A DNA stretch of 61,200 bases, counting the filler, from Catajapyx aquilonaris (taxonomy: Eukaryota), in NCBI GenBank assembly GCA_000934665.2. It is 3 parts of 3 records of this genome, joined end to end, with 100 filler letters (N's around TTAATTAATTAA, not from the genome) between each part and the next. Parts side by side here need not be neighbours in the genome. Positions count along the whole stretch, not along the records: positions 1 to 20,591 come from JYFJ02006322.1; 2 more parts are not named here. One strand, written 5' to 3'. Position 1 is the first letter of the stretch, and each line of letters begins with the position of its first letter. Below are positions 1-12,400 of this stretch, in pieces. A program made the translations under genes and the position numbers. The notes under the pieces were generated by a model, which was not told the DNA's origin, did no database searches, and saw only the letters and a program-made list of their open reading frames with translations.

Positions 1-963
1 TAAAATGTGTCGCGTCATTCCAAATGACTTGCTGCACCCAGCTTTTATTTTGGGAAGGCTTGATTCACACTCGGTGGTGGTTTGTTTTGGGAGAGGCACA
101 GGTGGATCTTTAAAGGATGGACATGTTCCACCTATTAATAAAGTGACAGTCTTATAGGAAAAAGTCATTTGCGGATGAGTGATGGCGGTGAATTTTTTTT
201 TTTTTTTTTGGGGGGGGGGGGGGTCATACCCTGTGGTTTATTTTTGGGATATGTGCATATAGAAAGGTCGTGACCGCTTCTGTCGAAATGTCGAAAAAGT
301 ACAGGATGTTCAGGAAAATTTAGCCTGCAGGTTATGCTGCGCGTGATACAAGGATGTTGTTGCATAACCTGCAGGATGAGACACTGGCGAAAAATACTCC
401 AAGTCTTTCACTGCTGACATGTTGAGAAAAGTATGACCACACCAAGCCTATTTTTTGGTTTCTTGGTCACTCATAGTGGCACGACTACCAGAAAGTTCTG
501 GAGGTGGCGAAACTATCCAAGGTCAATACGGATGATGATAGGTCTGGGCTATGGTCTGACTAACTAACAGTAAGAGATGAAAGAATTGGCTTGGCAGCAA
601 GTACGCTTAGTACTGTACAGTATTAAAAAGCTGGGGTACCGCAGTTGGAAACATGCTGTGTATAGTGCGGTTGGCTGTGGATATAACAGCCTGGGCTACA
701 ACAGATTGCTTTATGCAGTGACTTGAAGTCTGTTATATCTTGAGCATACATACGTATGTATTCGCTACACAGTAGGGCTTCAACATAGTATTGACACCTC
801 TTTGGATGTCATGGTTATGTTCCCAATCAGGACCATTGGCACAGAGTTTGTACGTATACATAGAGTACAATACACATTATATCTAAAGACTCGGCCACAA
901 CACACCACAACAAATAGAAGAACTGCCTGCAGTATACTGTATACTGTGGTGTGGTTGGACTTA

Positions 964-1128
964 AGCCCGGTCGGTTCACAAATAAAAATCGTGAAATTTA
1001 TAGCGATAGGTTATGGTCGCAATCGGTCATGGGTCGGTTATTGATCGTTATTGGTCGCAATTTGATATGCTGAATATATAATCGGTCGCTGCAGCCAAAT
1101 CTCACTATTATCATTTGTGAACCAGGCT
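964..1128. mobile_element. Short non-autonomous TIR element (PIF/Harbinger-type MITE)
   Basis: Termini AGCCCGG(TCGG)TTCACAAAT ... ATTTGTGAACCAGGCT are imperfect inverted repeats, flanked by TTA on both sides (3-bp TSD typical of Harbinger); internal ggtcgcaat repeats. Confidence 0.6.
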
Positions 1129-2204
1129 TTAGAAGTGTTGCAGAAATGTGTTAATGTTCATATTGCCTTTTTTATTGTAAAAATTTTAAACAATTTTCCA
1201 ATTTAATTTTTTCAAAGGCAATTTTGAAACCAGTGTTAAATATGAAAGGGCATAAATGAAGCAGCATAAAATGGGTAGTATCTGCAACACATCTCGTGGT
1301 GAGAATTACAAGGTTGTAACTGCAATGAAAATCCTATGTACTTGTACGTAATATTTTGGTTGTGCCCACTTTTGTAAAATTTTTAAGACTTATGTATTTT
1401 AAAAAAACAACGGAAGAGCTTATTACTGTCGATCAACTGAACACTGCGGCACTATTCAGCTCCCAACGAAACAGTCAACTCAAAATCCTCCCTGTGAGGT
1501 TCAGGGGAAAGCAGCAGCAAATAAATTCACCCCAGAGCAGCAGCGTAACATTTGGGCCCCGACGACATTTCACAATAATAAGGCTGCAAACAGGAATTGA
1601 GGTTGCCTAATGCTAGGTGATGTCGTCATCATGAACAAATTAAGTAATTTAATGGGAAAAATATGGGGGAAGATATCATAACTTCAATCCTGTAGCAGTT
1701 GAAACTGGGCAAGTTCTGAATACAGATCTGCACCGATCTGCACCATCCCACTGCGCATTCGTGCCTTTGAAGAAGAAACCGAATTCCAAATAGTTATGGC
1801 GCAAAAAAATAAAAACGGATTTGTTAGTGGTTTTTAATATTTTTTTGCTGCGTTTTGAAGAGGAATTCAATTGAGCTATAAATGGTAGGAATGATAGGAT
1901 GCAGGCTCAATTCTGGTGACCCACCTGTGGTGGCTCCTCAGCATCCTCCTCCTGGACCATCCTCCATTTCGCATGCATCTCTTGGCCTCTCCACCTAGCA
2001 GAGTTATTCTGCAAGCAAAACAATCCTCATCATGCTTTTACGCCAAGCAGGCAGGAAGGAAGACACCATCTCGGGGGAGCAAGTGGGCTTCAGTTGGCAA
2101 TTTATTATCCCTATGCAAAAGGAGTACAAAACACCCAAGAAGAGTAAAAAATTACTGGTAGGAATGACAGTGGCATGCCAAACACTCTTCACTTCACCAG
2201 CTCG

Positions 2205-3882
2205 TTAAAAAAATCCAGAAAACATATCATGCAACCTAAAAATGTCTGGCAATGCTACCACATCTACGTCTGGGAAAAGGGTGCGCAATTCTTTCAGATC
2301 TCCGAGGTGAAGTTCTGCATTGCCATCGAGCAGTACTTCCAGAGACTTGAGTTTGTGAGATCGGGTGAGAAGATCTTCCAGCCCATCCTTGGTTATACCT
2401 CTACTGCTCACGTAAATACTGGTCAGTTCAGGGCAGTTTGTGGCAATTTCAGAAAGGATTGTGTCACTTACGTTGAAAGGACTGCTCAAGTCAATCCTCT
2501 CAAGTTTCTGAAATACCCCCTGCATAGAGAAGAACGAGTCCCAGACCTCGTCAAATCCCCCCCACATGCAGTTCAAGCCGGCGGAGGTTCCTCAGGTTTC
2601 TAATGGGCTGATTCAGATCATCTATATTCATTACCGAGGCACTCAAGTCTTCCAGTAGAGTGCACCGGCTCAGATTCAGCAGGCCCTGACGTTTAACCTG
2701 GGAAAAAATGCTAAGTTTCCGAAGAGATCCTGCAGAACTTCTGCATACCACCTCCAACTCTTTGTCAGCAGCGTCGCTGAGCCCGGACAGGTTGACTTCC
2801 CTTAGTTGAGGCCAATTCCTTTCCATGGATGTGTCCAGATGACAAAACCATAAGTGCCTAGTACAATCCAGAGTGATCTTCTCCAGTTTGGAACTGTTGC
2901 CAAACATGTCAAATATGTGGCGATATTTCAGTTTGCACGGCGTGGCCAACTTCGCTGCCAGCTCCTTAATGTCTGTGCAGCTGTTCAAAACACAGAAAAG
3001 GAAATAAGCATTAACATGTGTTGATGTTGTTGGTCTGGTTGGTTGGTAGGACGGGTTACCCAGCTTGTATGGCTCTGTCTGAGTCGAGCCTTGGCAGCCG
3101 GGGGAAGGAGGGGAAGGTGGTGGATTGCAAGGTAGGGGGTGGGTGAGAAGGGTGGGGGAGAGGAGGAGGAGGAGGAGGAGGGGGGGGTGGGGGAAGAGGA
3201 GGATGTGTTGATGTTATTTCTGAGCACATTTTATTGCAGCTGGAACAACTGCAATCCTACTCACTTGGAGGCCACCTGCTCCAGACAATCCATGGAGTTA
3301 AATCTGCAAAGATCGAGTTCCAGCACTTCCAACTTGGGATGTGATTCTGCAATGAAGTGTAGCAGTTCATCCGCAAACTGGGCAGGATCCGGCCCCTCCA
3401 GAGTACAATGGTAAAGAAGACGATTCCGATCATCCCGATCGTCACAGAAATATAGCAGACAATCGCCAAATTCATCCAGATCTGCATCGACCATGCGCCT
3501 CTTTCTACTCATATCAGCAGGAGTGGGCTCCCAACGAACCAGCCGCACCTTCCTCAGCCACGTCATGTGCCGGATCAGTTCCTTGGCCCTCTCCATGGTC
3601 AACCTCCCTGACCTGACCAGCTCCACCTCCGTCCACAGCGTAGGGTCCATGGCCACCCTGGCCCAGTCCTTGCACACCATGGCGGCCCCCAGAAGCAGGT
3701 CACGTTGGCCCAGGTGGCTGAAGATCTTGAGAAGAAGCTCGTCGGGGAACAAGCGAGATTGATTGGCCTGGAACTGTAATGAATACATGTCAAGGTCTAT
3801 TCAGAGCATAAATGAGTGGCGTGGACAAAACCTTTTCCTGCTCGTCCACCTCCCGCGGCATCCTCTTCGGCCTGCAGCCCAT
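2205..3882 (-). CDS. F-box/leucine-rich-repeat protein (FBXL-like); predicted exons 3882-3832, 3773-3265, 2980-2205, with a +1 frameshift at a G7 run (2557-2563)
   Basis: F-box motif LFPDELLLKIFSHLGQRDLLLGAAMVCKDWARVAMDPTLW followed by Cys-containing LRRs (PKLEVLELDLC, PQLREVNLSG, TLLEDLSAS, QKLERIDLS, CPELTSIYVS). GT-AG introns with consistent phase (AAG|GTTTTG..TACAG|TTC; AA|GTGAGT..AACAG|C). The first exon is less certain; the ATG at 3788 is an alternative start. Confidence 0.8.
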
Positions 3883-6465
3883 CTCTCCGCACCAGGAATC
3901 CTGCAGACCAAGGATTCAAGCCCAGAAGAAGAAGAAGAAGAAAAGAAAGACACGTGCTCTTCCTCGAGGTGTCAGGGCCCACAGAGATAGAGACGCGAAG
4001 TATCTCTAGAGACGAGACACATCCATGGAATCGGGCCGTACTGGGTGCGTGCGCAGGTCCGCCATGACAGTCACCTGTATATCACATGGAGTTTTACCTG
4101 GTTTTACCTTCCCTTTTGAGACAGTAGCTTCCCGAGAGACTTTAAAATGTCCAAATCTGAATGTGTCAAATATTGATGCATATCTATCGATTGGCCATTT
4201 CCTCGCTTTGGGTTGGGTTGTCAAATATGGGTTTATTGCTCGGGTTTGCTTGTAACTCTCGATTTGCAGAAGAAACAAAAGTAAGCGGAAATGGATTCTT
4301 GTGGCAAAATATTTTTTTGTTTAAACTTTATAAAATTTTGCAAAATCAAATGTCAATTGATTACGATTTAAGGAGCCGTGCTTTTGTCCTTCGTCCAGTG
4401 CTACCCTACCCGGTACCTCAAGAAGGGCTTGAAAATTGAGCATTTTTGGGGCCTGTCCAAAATAATTATGGGTCATTTTAAATGTACTTGCAGATGTCAA
4501 CATTTACAGAAGGATCGTAATTTTAATTACTAACATGTCAGTCACAATTATTGCATGTTGTGGATGTGTAAGTTTTAAAGCTTTTAAGCAGAGCTAAATC
4601 ACACTTAAATGCACATTAAAGGACCTTTAAGAATCAATGTAAAATTGTAAGTGTAAAAAAAATTAATTCCTGTTACTGGCAGGTGGTAATATCAGTAGAG
4701 GTTATTTCCGTTATGTAATATATGTATTTTGAAGGCAGGTGCCTGACAGTGGTACTGCACCAACTAGTTACAAATAGAGAAAAAAAAATTCACCTCCAAA
4801 ATAATGTTAATCATCCCACTGGATACCTGATGTTCACAAGTGATTCCAGAATGGCTACTGCGAGGGCTACTGCAATATTTATTGTTTGCTACCCCCCGAA
4901 ACTTCACTTCTGTCTCATGCCACCTATACTTATGATTTAGATTTTAGAATGACCTTTACACCGTACGTAAAGTTGCCTCACATGTACAGGTACAAGTAAT
5001 TTTATGCTTCTTCGTTTTCACATTTGCACAATCGTGATAACTAAAGCATTATGGCAAATTGTATGATATGGTATGGAGGCAAAATACCATTCTCAGCTTT
5101 ATAATAATATTTTGTCTATAGTTTCAATTCACTTCACGCTGCCCTATGTTGCTGGAAACAATCCCTGGCGTAATGTGGAAGTTCTGGAACTGAAGGCCAC
5201 AACAACCGCACTCACACCTGAATCTGGCAAAGATAACTTGTTGACGCTTAAAAAATTACGAAACACAACAGTAAATGATTGGCAATCACAAGTTTAGGAT
5301 AGTGATATTCAACTCGTTAAATATCACAAGTTTAGTATAGTGATATTCAACTAGTTAAATTCATTTTGTATTACTTTGCTCCGTAATGAACCTATAATAT
5401 TCTTCGACAGGGATATTCAAGTTGTAGGAGTTCCACTGTAGCTTGAAACTGATGTATGTGTTTGTGCACACTCACTTGAATGTCCTGTTCCATTTGGTAG
5501 AATCCAAGCCAATTAAAACTATCACTGATTAGATCAATTACAAATATTGATTAACACAATGTTTGCAACACTCAGCTGTCATTTCGATTCAATCAATGAT
5601 AGACACTTTGATAGGAAGGGTAGGGTACAACTCAACAACCACCTGCTAGAGGGAGAAAAAATAAGTGTACACACTAATTACTGGAGGAACTCATTAGATG
5701 TTTATATTCACTTTCGACATACAAATCTGAGCTTCCATTAGGGTGCACAATACGACCCATAACGCTGTGGAACACTTGGAATTCTTTTACACCACTTTTT
5801 TCTCTCTCTCCTTTTACTCTCAGCGACCAATGCAAATTGCACTAGGTTCAAATAAACATAACTAGACAGGAACACAAACTGGCAAAAAAAAAAAAAATCG
5901 AAAAAAAAACAAACGAACATGAAACAAAAAACTTATGAACGAACAACGAGGCAGATGCGAAAAAGTCTGTGGTTTTGCTTCTTTGTCTGCCCGACAAATA
6001 AATTAAATAACCACGCGGAATAAATAAGGTGTCCTTCTTGCATAGGAGACACGGTATTTGACTTACGAAATATTAGCCTGGGAGGAGTCTCACACTTTGA
6101 CTCTTACCCCAAACACACAGATCCCCCCTGGAAAAAAAAAATCCAAATGAGATACAATACAGCCTTCTTTTCTTTGCAGGGGGGGCAGGAGGGGGGCGTC
6201 GTAGGAGTTGAAATGTATGTATTTATCAGGCTAATATGTACGATCTGGCAGTGACTCTGGCTCCAGACTCTTCTCTCGGTTTCTGCAAGGAAATATTCAA
6301 AAATTACAATGCGGACTGAAACAACTCTAAGCAATATCGTACAAAAGGCCATAATCTTGTACTGAAGTGTGCTAGCCACAAGTTAACTACTTACTCGGCC
6401 TGGTCTAATTATATTAATTTAAATCCTCATAACAACACGGGTATACATGCAAACACTAATACCTT

Positions 6466-9400
6466 TCACTTCTGAGAAAGACGCACAAGTTGTAATGCAA
6501 CACTTCACATTGTCTTTTATTGGTAAGTGACACAAAGGCATATGTTACTCACAAGGGAGTGGCGCCACTTGTCATAAAGGCTGACGGCGGTGCGACTGGG
6601 ATGGAACTTGTAGAACTTGCGTATGTCCTTGAAGTTGGTCCCAAAGCGTTTGACCCCCTCCACTATGTTGTGGGTCTCCTCCTCCGTGTACTCCACCCTC
6701 CGCTTACGCCTTAAGCCAGTCTTCGTTGTGGTTGACGAGAGCAGGTCTGAGCAAGACTCCCTCACCGACATCTGAAAACACAATTCCATCCATTACTTTA
6801 TTTAATTCAGTTACTCCTGAAATACGTAAAATTTAAAAAAAATCAAGTGCTACCGGACAAACAGTTGGCTTTAGTTTATTGAAATCCTAAGTGATTTTAA
6901 CCAGAGCTTCCTAAGTATGCTCTAATGACATATCCTACCCCGACATTAGACACAGCTGGGAAGAGATAAAACTAGGGAGTACAGTGGGCCCTCCGTATCC
7001 ATGACCCTCCTGCAGACACCAGAATGTGCATATGCTTAAGCCTCTCATACAAAATGGCCTGGCATATGCATGCAACATGGGAACATCCTCCCATAAACTT
7101 TAAATAATATCTACATTATTTAATACCTAGCAGATGTAAATGTTATGTAAATACTTGTACACTGTATTGTTGTGCTTGGCATACAGCAATTTCAAGGTTT
7201 CTTATATGGATTATTATTTTTTTAAATCATTATTTTTCAATATTTAGTGGTTGGTTGGATAGGGTCAATGTGGATATAGAGGACCCACTGCCTTATTCAA
7301 TCTTTGAGAGACAGAAACAGATTACGACCCCCACAAATTTGCACATATTATGTGCCCAAACCCATCTACGTTCACCTCCCAAGAAATGAAGCAATAAACA
7401 AAATGCGACAAAAATGCCTCACTAAGATTATCTGGACTTTAGAATAGATAATTATGAATACTTTAGTAACAATAGAGCTACGAGGTAAGGGTGACACGGT
7501 GGCAGAGTGGTAGCGCCACAGCTTCCACATCTAAGGTCCTGAGTTCGATCGCCGGGTCGGACAGAGGATACTTATGTGGATTTTCGATGGGTTCCCTCCC
7601 TGTTCACATGGGTTTTCTCGAGGTTCTCCCGTTTCCTCCTACTATCAAAATACATCACAGCGCAGGCAATGATTAAAGATGGTTCACGAAAAGATGATCC
7701 TCTAAGAGGCCCAAGGAAGCCTATCATGGGGTATCCATCATCATTATTATTATTATCATTATTATTATTATTATTATTATTATTACATAGCTAGGAGGAT
7801 ACCAAAGTGGAATTTAATTCGTTGATTAATAAATACGTTTATACATTGGACAGTGAATTTCTGTGGGGTCTGGTAATAATTGCTTCCACTACGTTAATTT
7901 GTTACTTAGCAGGACGTATATTTTAATAATGAACTTCAGGGGCGACAACAACCCAAAAACAGCATTGAAATTAATTACAAAATATCTCTCACTGACTTAC
8001 AAAGTGTTTATGGCTCGCGGACTTTTTCAGCAATTGCAACATTTTGCTGCACCACATTTAATGGTGCTATTTATTAATATATTAAAATGTGATGGTATTT
8101 TCTATTGAGAAATCAGGCCAATGTGCTATAATAAAAACGGTCAATTCAATTAATGTAAAGCAGCTTTAAAAATGCCTTCATTCAAAAATGTACAGAAAAT
8201 TTCATATCTGCAAGGCGTGATCCATGGTAGATTTTTTGTAATTAATTCCAATAATCTTTTGGTTTGTATGGCCCCTGAGGTTCATTATTAAAATTTATGT
8301 CCTACTAAGACTAGTAACAAATTAACATAGTGGAAGCAATTTTACCAGACCCCCACAGAAATTCACTGTCCAAGGTATATCATATTTATTTCAGAAATTA
8401 ATTAATCAATTAAATTCAACTTTGGTATTCTCCTAGCTCTATTGTTATTATTCATAATTATCTACGTCCCACGGGGTCAGAAGCACAACCCACAATTACT
8501 TTTTTTTAAAAAAAAGTCCAGAGAATCTTAATGATGAATTTTTATCACATTTGGTTTATTACCCCACCACTGCATTTCTTGGGAGCTGAACGTAGAATTA
8601 CGGGTCTGGGCTAGTTGAATTTTAGTTGGATGCTAAGCATCCCATTTCGCAAGGATGGCAGCAAACCTTCAAACCAAAGTCTTTATGGGTCAAATTCGAG
8701 GATAATCAAAATCACATTGAGGAACTTCGTTTTTGGTGTTACCCTTGGTGGTCAACTGAATCTGTGCCACCTTTTATATGATTGCTAATTCTTCTTTGCC
8801 ACTGGGTTGCAATCTGGATCTATTTGCCTCTAATTTCTCCTAACAATACCTTCAAAGGAAGATATTTCCTATGCGATAAAATGGTGGGTGTCGACGTGGG
8901 ACCAATTCAGAGAGCTCATTCAAATGGGTCAAATGCATGTGACACTTGAACGCATCTCGCAGTGGCAACGCCACAATAATGCTTGTTTGTCTTTGGTGCC
9001 ACGAAACATACAATAATTTTATTGTTCCATAGCCCGCAATAAGTGACAAGCTCCACAATTAACTAATATCATCACTCTAATTAACGGACTCTGCCCTGGC
9101 GACCCACGAGTGACAATACTAGGGAGGTCAGTAAAAGCCATACAGAAGCACCCACCCATTCGGACGATCTCTCTGAACTGCCTTGCTCCTCCAGCCCACT
9201 TCATTGCATAGGAAATTAATTTGCCCAGAGGAATGGTAGCATTTATTTAATTATATTGACAATGTGTGATGACAAGTGTCACATTCTTACATTACCATCA
9301 GTGGCTACTTAGCTGTCAGGTTAAAATTGATAATTGAAAAAAAAAGAATTAAAATTTCTGGGTGGCTTTTAGTTACAAAAATGCGGACTGAAGGAGTTGA

Positions 9401-12400
9401 ATTATAGTTACACACAATTACTAAGGGAAAGTCCAAAAATTAGTATTCTGTATCCATATTTTTGAAGCTGATAAGATGGGGAAAATGTATTACATCCTGA
9501 TACAGTTTATTGCATTATTTTGATGGTTGGCCTTGATCGGACATGTGCAACAGAAGTAGGAAAAGAGTCAGTGTTGGCTTGTGCTTAGGGACGTCACCAA
9601 CTACATCCTTGATTGCTGGGGAACAACCAGCTAGGCACATATGCATTCAGGAGGTAGGAACGGAATGCAAGGTGTGCATGCGGAAGATGCCACCGTTCGT
9701 TCCCAGCAATTGAGGATCGATTCATTTGGTGGGCAACTTGCCAATGTCAGACAAGTAGCTGCTGCTTAATCAGCAACAGTTCCTTGGGTGGGACTTTAAG
9801 CCACAGTTTCAGTAGTTCACATTAGAAAGGCTTTCCTGCACATGTGAAACCCTCTATAAAGCTATCTAGCTCTATGGATGACTCACCGAATCCAGATTGT
9901 CCTGTCCGCCCCTCCCGAACACTGTGGAGGCCCTTGTAGACCCTGCGTACGTTGGCGCATCATCTCCCCCGACCAACCCCACTCCAAACTCATCCCCTGC
10001 ACCACTGCCACTTCCCACCCCACCTTCCTCCCTGTCTCTCTCCTCCCTGAGCCTCTGCAGGAACCGGTCGTCATCCTGGAACATCTTCTCCGCCTCCTTG
10101 GAGTCTGGGCTCCTCAGCTGTTCAAGCCAGTCTTGTAAGAATCGGCTCTTCCCATGTGCCTCATCCAGCAGGGCTGGTTCGTCCGTGCTGCTATTGCTAT
10201 CAGCAACAGCCCTGCTGGTGTTGGCCGCTGCCCCAACCCCACCTCCCACCCCACTCCCGCCAACCAAACCCTCTTCGTGCCGTTGATACACAACAGAGAC
10301 AAAGTTGTTCGTCTGGAAGACGGCTACTGCCTTGGCGCGATCCAGCTCCATCCGGTTGTTGCGATCCTGGTTCCTGCGAGAAGGAAGCAAGAGGGCCGGA
10401 TTTCAGGATCATTGCAAAAGGAGCAATCACTTTCATTAAAAATACATTTCATAAAGGCTCCTAATATCTCGGCACAAGGTGGTAGGTACAATCTGCAGAG
10501 TGAACATGTGATAAATTTTGTCACAACGTACCTGGATTGTAGCACGGCAGTGACAGTCCCTGGCAGCAAAGTAGTATCAGTCTGAATTGCTCTCTGAGAC
10601 GCCGCTACCTCTGGAGAGCCAGGTATCGCAGTGCGGTAAGAAGTCCCTGAAGACGGGGAGGCGGTGGCTGCTGCCAGGCTCACTCCTCCTGCACTCAGGG
10701 CGCTCGCCTTGCTGCTACCTCGCCCACCGCTCATTGACTGTATCTGATTCAGGGGCAGAAGTGGTGGGGCCAACAGGGGCGGTGGCGGAGGTGCCAACTG
10801 GGTAGGAGCAGGAAGCGGTGGAGGGGGCGGAGGGGGCATGAGTCCTGCACAGCCAGACTCAATCCCCGAGTCTCCTGCACTGTTGCCCTTCCCACCCCCA
10901 CACCCACCAGTACTTAGAGGATGGAGAAACAGAGCTGTGGATGAAGGGAAAGGGTCACTTGGATCCAGTTCCACTAGGGGTGGAGGGAGGCGACTAGTGG
11001 GGGGGCACAGCGGGGGGAGCGAAGGATGATGGGGGAGGAACGACACCGGGTTGACTAGCGGCTCCAAGGAAGACTTATCTAGACGGGAAGTAAAAGAAAG
11101 CAGCGTTATTACCAAGTCACTCATACCAAATAATCCGTAAAATCTACGAGTGCGAATCTGAAAGCCAATATGACTTAAAGCGCTTCTGCCTTCTGGCTTA
11201 TACACCAGAAGAATCTTAGTAGGAATGATGGGAAGTAAAACAAAATAGTGTTATTACGAAGTCACTCTGTTACAAAATAATCCGTAAATTCTACCAATGC
11301 GAACCTGAAAGCTAGTATGACTTCAAGCGCTTTTGCTGGTTTACACACCATAAGAATCCTAGTGTGGCCATGTTTTTTTCATTTACGTCACTCATATACG
11401 GAAGTACAGTGGACAAATGGTGCGGAAATGCGACTCACTGGACTGTGCTCCCATAGTAAGGAGACACTCTGCGGCATGTCTGACATGACTCTTGGCATCC
11501 TTCTGGTCAGTCACCCACCGGACTAGACTCTCGCCGCTTGACCTGACAAATAGTTTTTGCTGCTCCTCCGAGGAACCAACCATGTGTGCCATTGTCAGGA
11601 GATACACGCTCTTTGACTGCAACAAATTCAAAAATGTCACGTTAAGGATTCACTCGGGATGAAATTGTGAGCGAGCAGATGCCTCACCTGGTCATCAACC
11701 TCAGGAAGCCTGGTTAGCAGGAAGGGTATCATGTTGAAGGGATGCACCAGCCTGATGGCGGCTGGATTACCCTGCAGCACTACCCCCAGAAGCAAGACAA
11801 TGTTGCGGTCAAGGGCTACAGGAGCTTTGGATAGGATGCACCGGGCTGCTGTCTCCACTCCCCCAACCTTTGCGAAACGCTCCTGGTTAGATGGATTCTC
11901 TGCTACTATGTTCAGCAATAAGGTCGTCAGGTTTATGAGGCGGTAATGGTGCAGCTCTGCCTTCTGGATCCAGCACTCCAGCAAGCGGATGGACTGGAAG
12001 TATGAAGAGGCAAAGAGCCATTACGTCAGGAACTTCACGGCAACACAAAAAAATCAACGACCCAAGTGACATTGCAATGGAAACAAGTTTGCGGATTATG
12101 CAGGAAAAAAGATGCCTGTTGCAACAATTTTCCACACTAATCAGATTTCCGCTATTCATGACAGAAATGTAACTGACAATCTGCCAGAATTACGCAATGG
12201 ACAAGTTTCTTCCGAGTCCATAGTTATTACAGGCACCTTCATCACTGTAACAGGAAGGAATACAAGTTTTTTACACATTTGCTACTTCCCCAGGTGCTTG
12301 AGAGGTGAGAAATGTGTCGAATCATTCTCAACTCTGTGTTACGTCCAACGTTATTACACAAGACTGAAATTAGTGGCAGACACTTGCATCATAACCAATT

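Noticed and set aside
7488..7562. tRNA gene
   Set aside because: It is the tRNA-derived head of a SINE, followed by a central domain and a (TTA)n tail.
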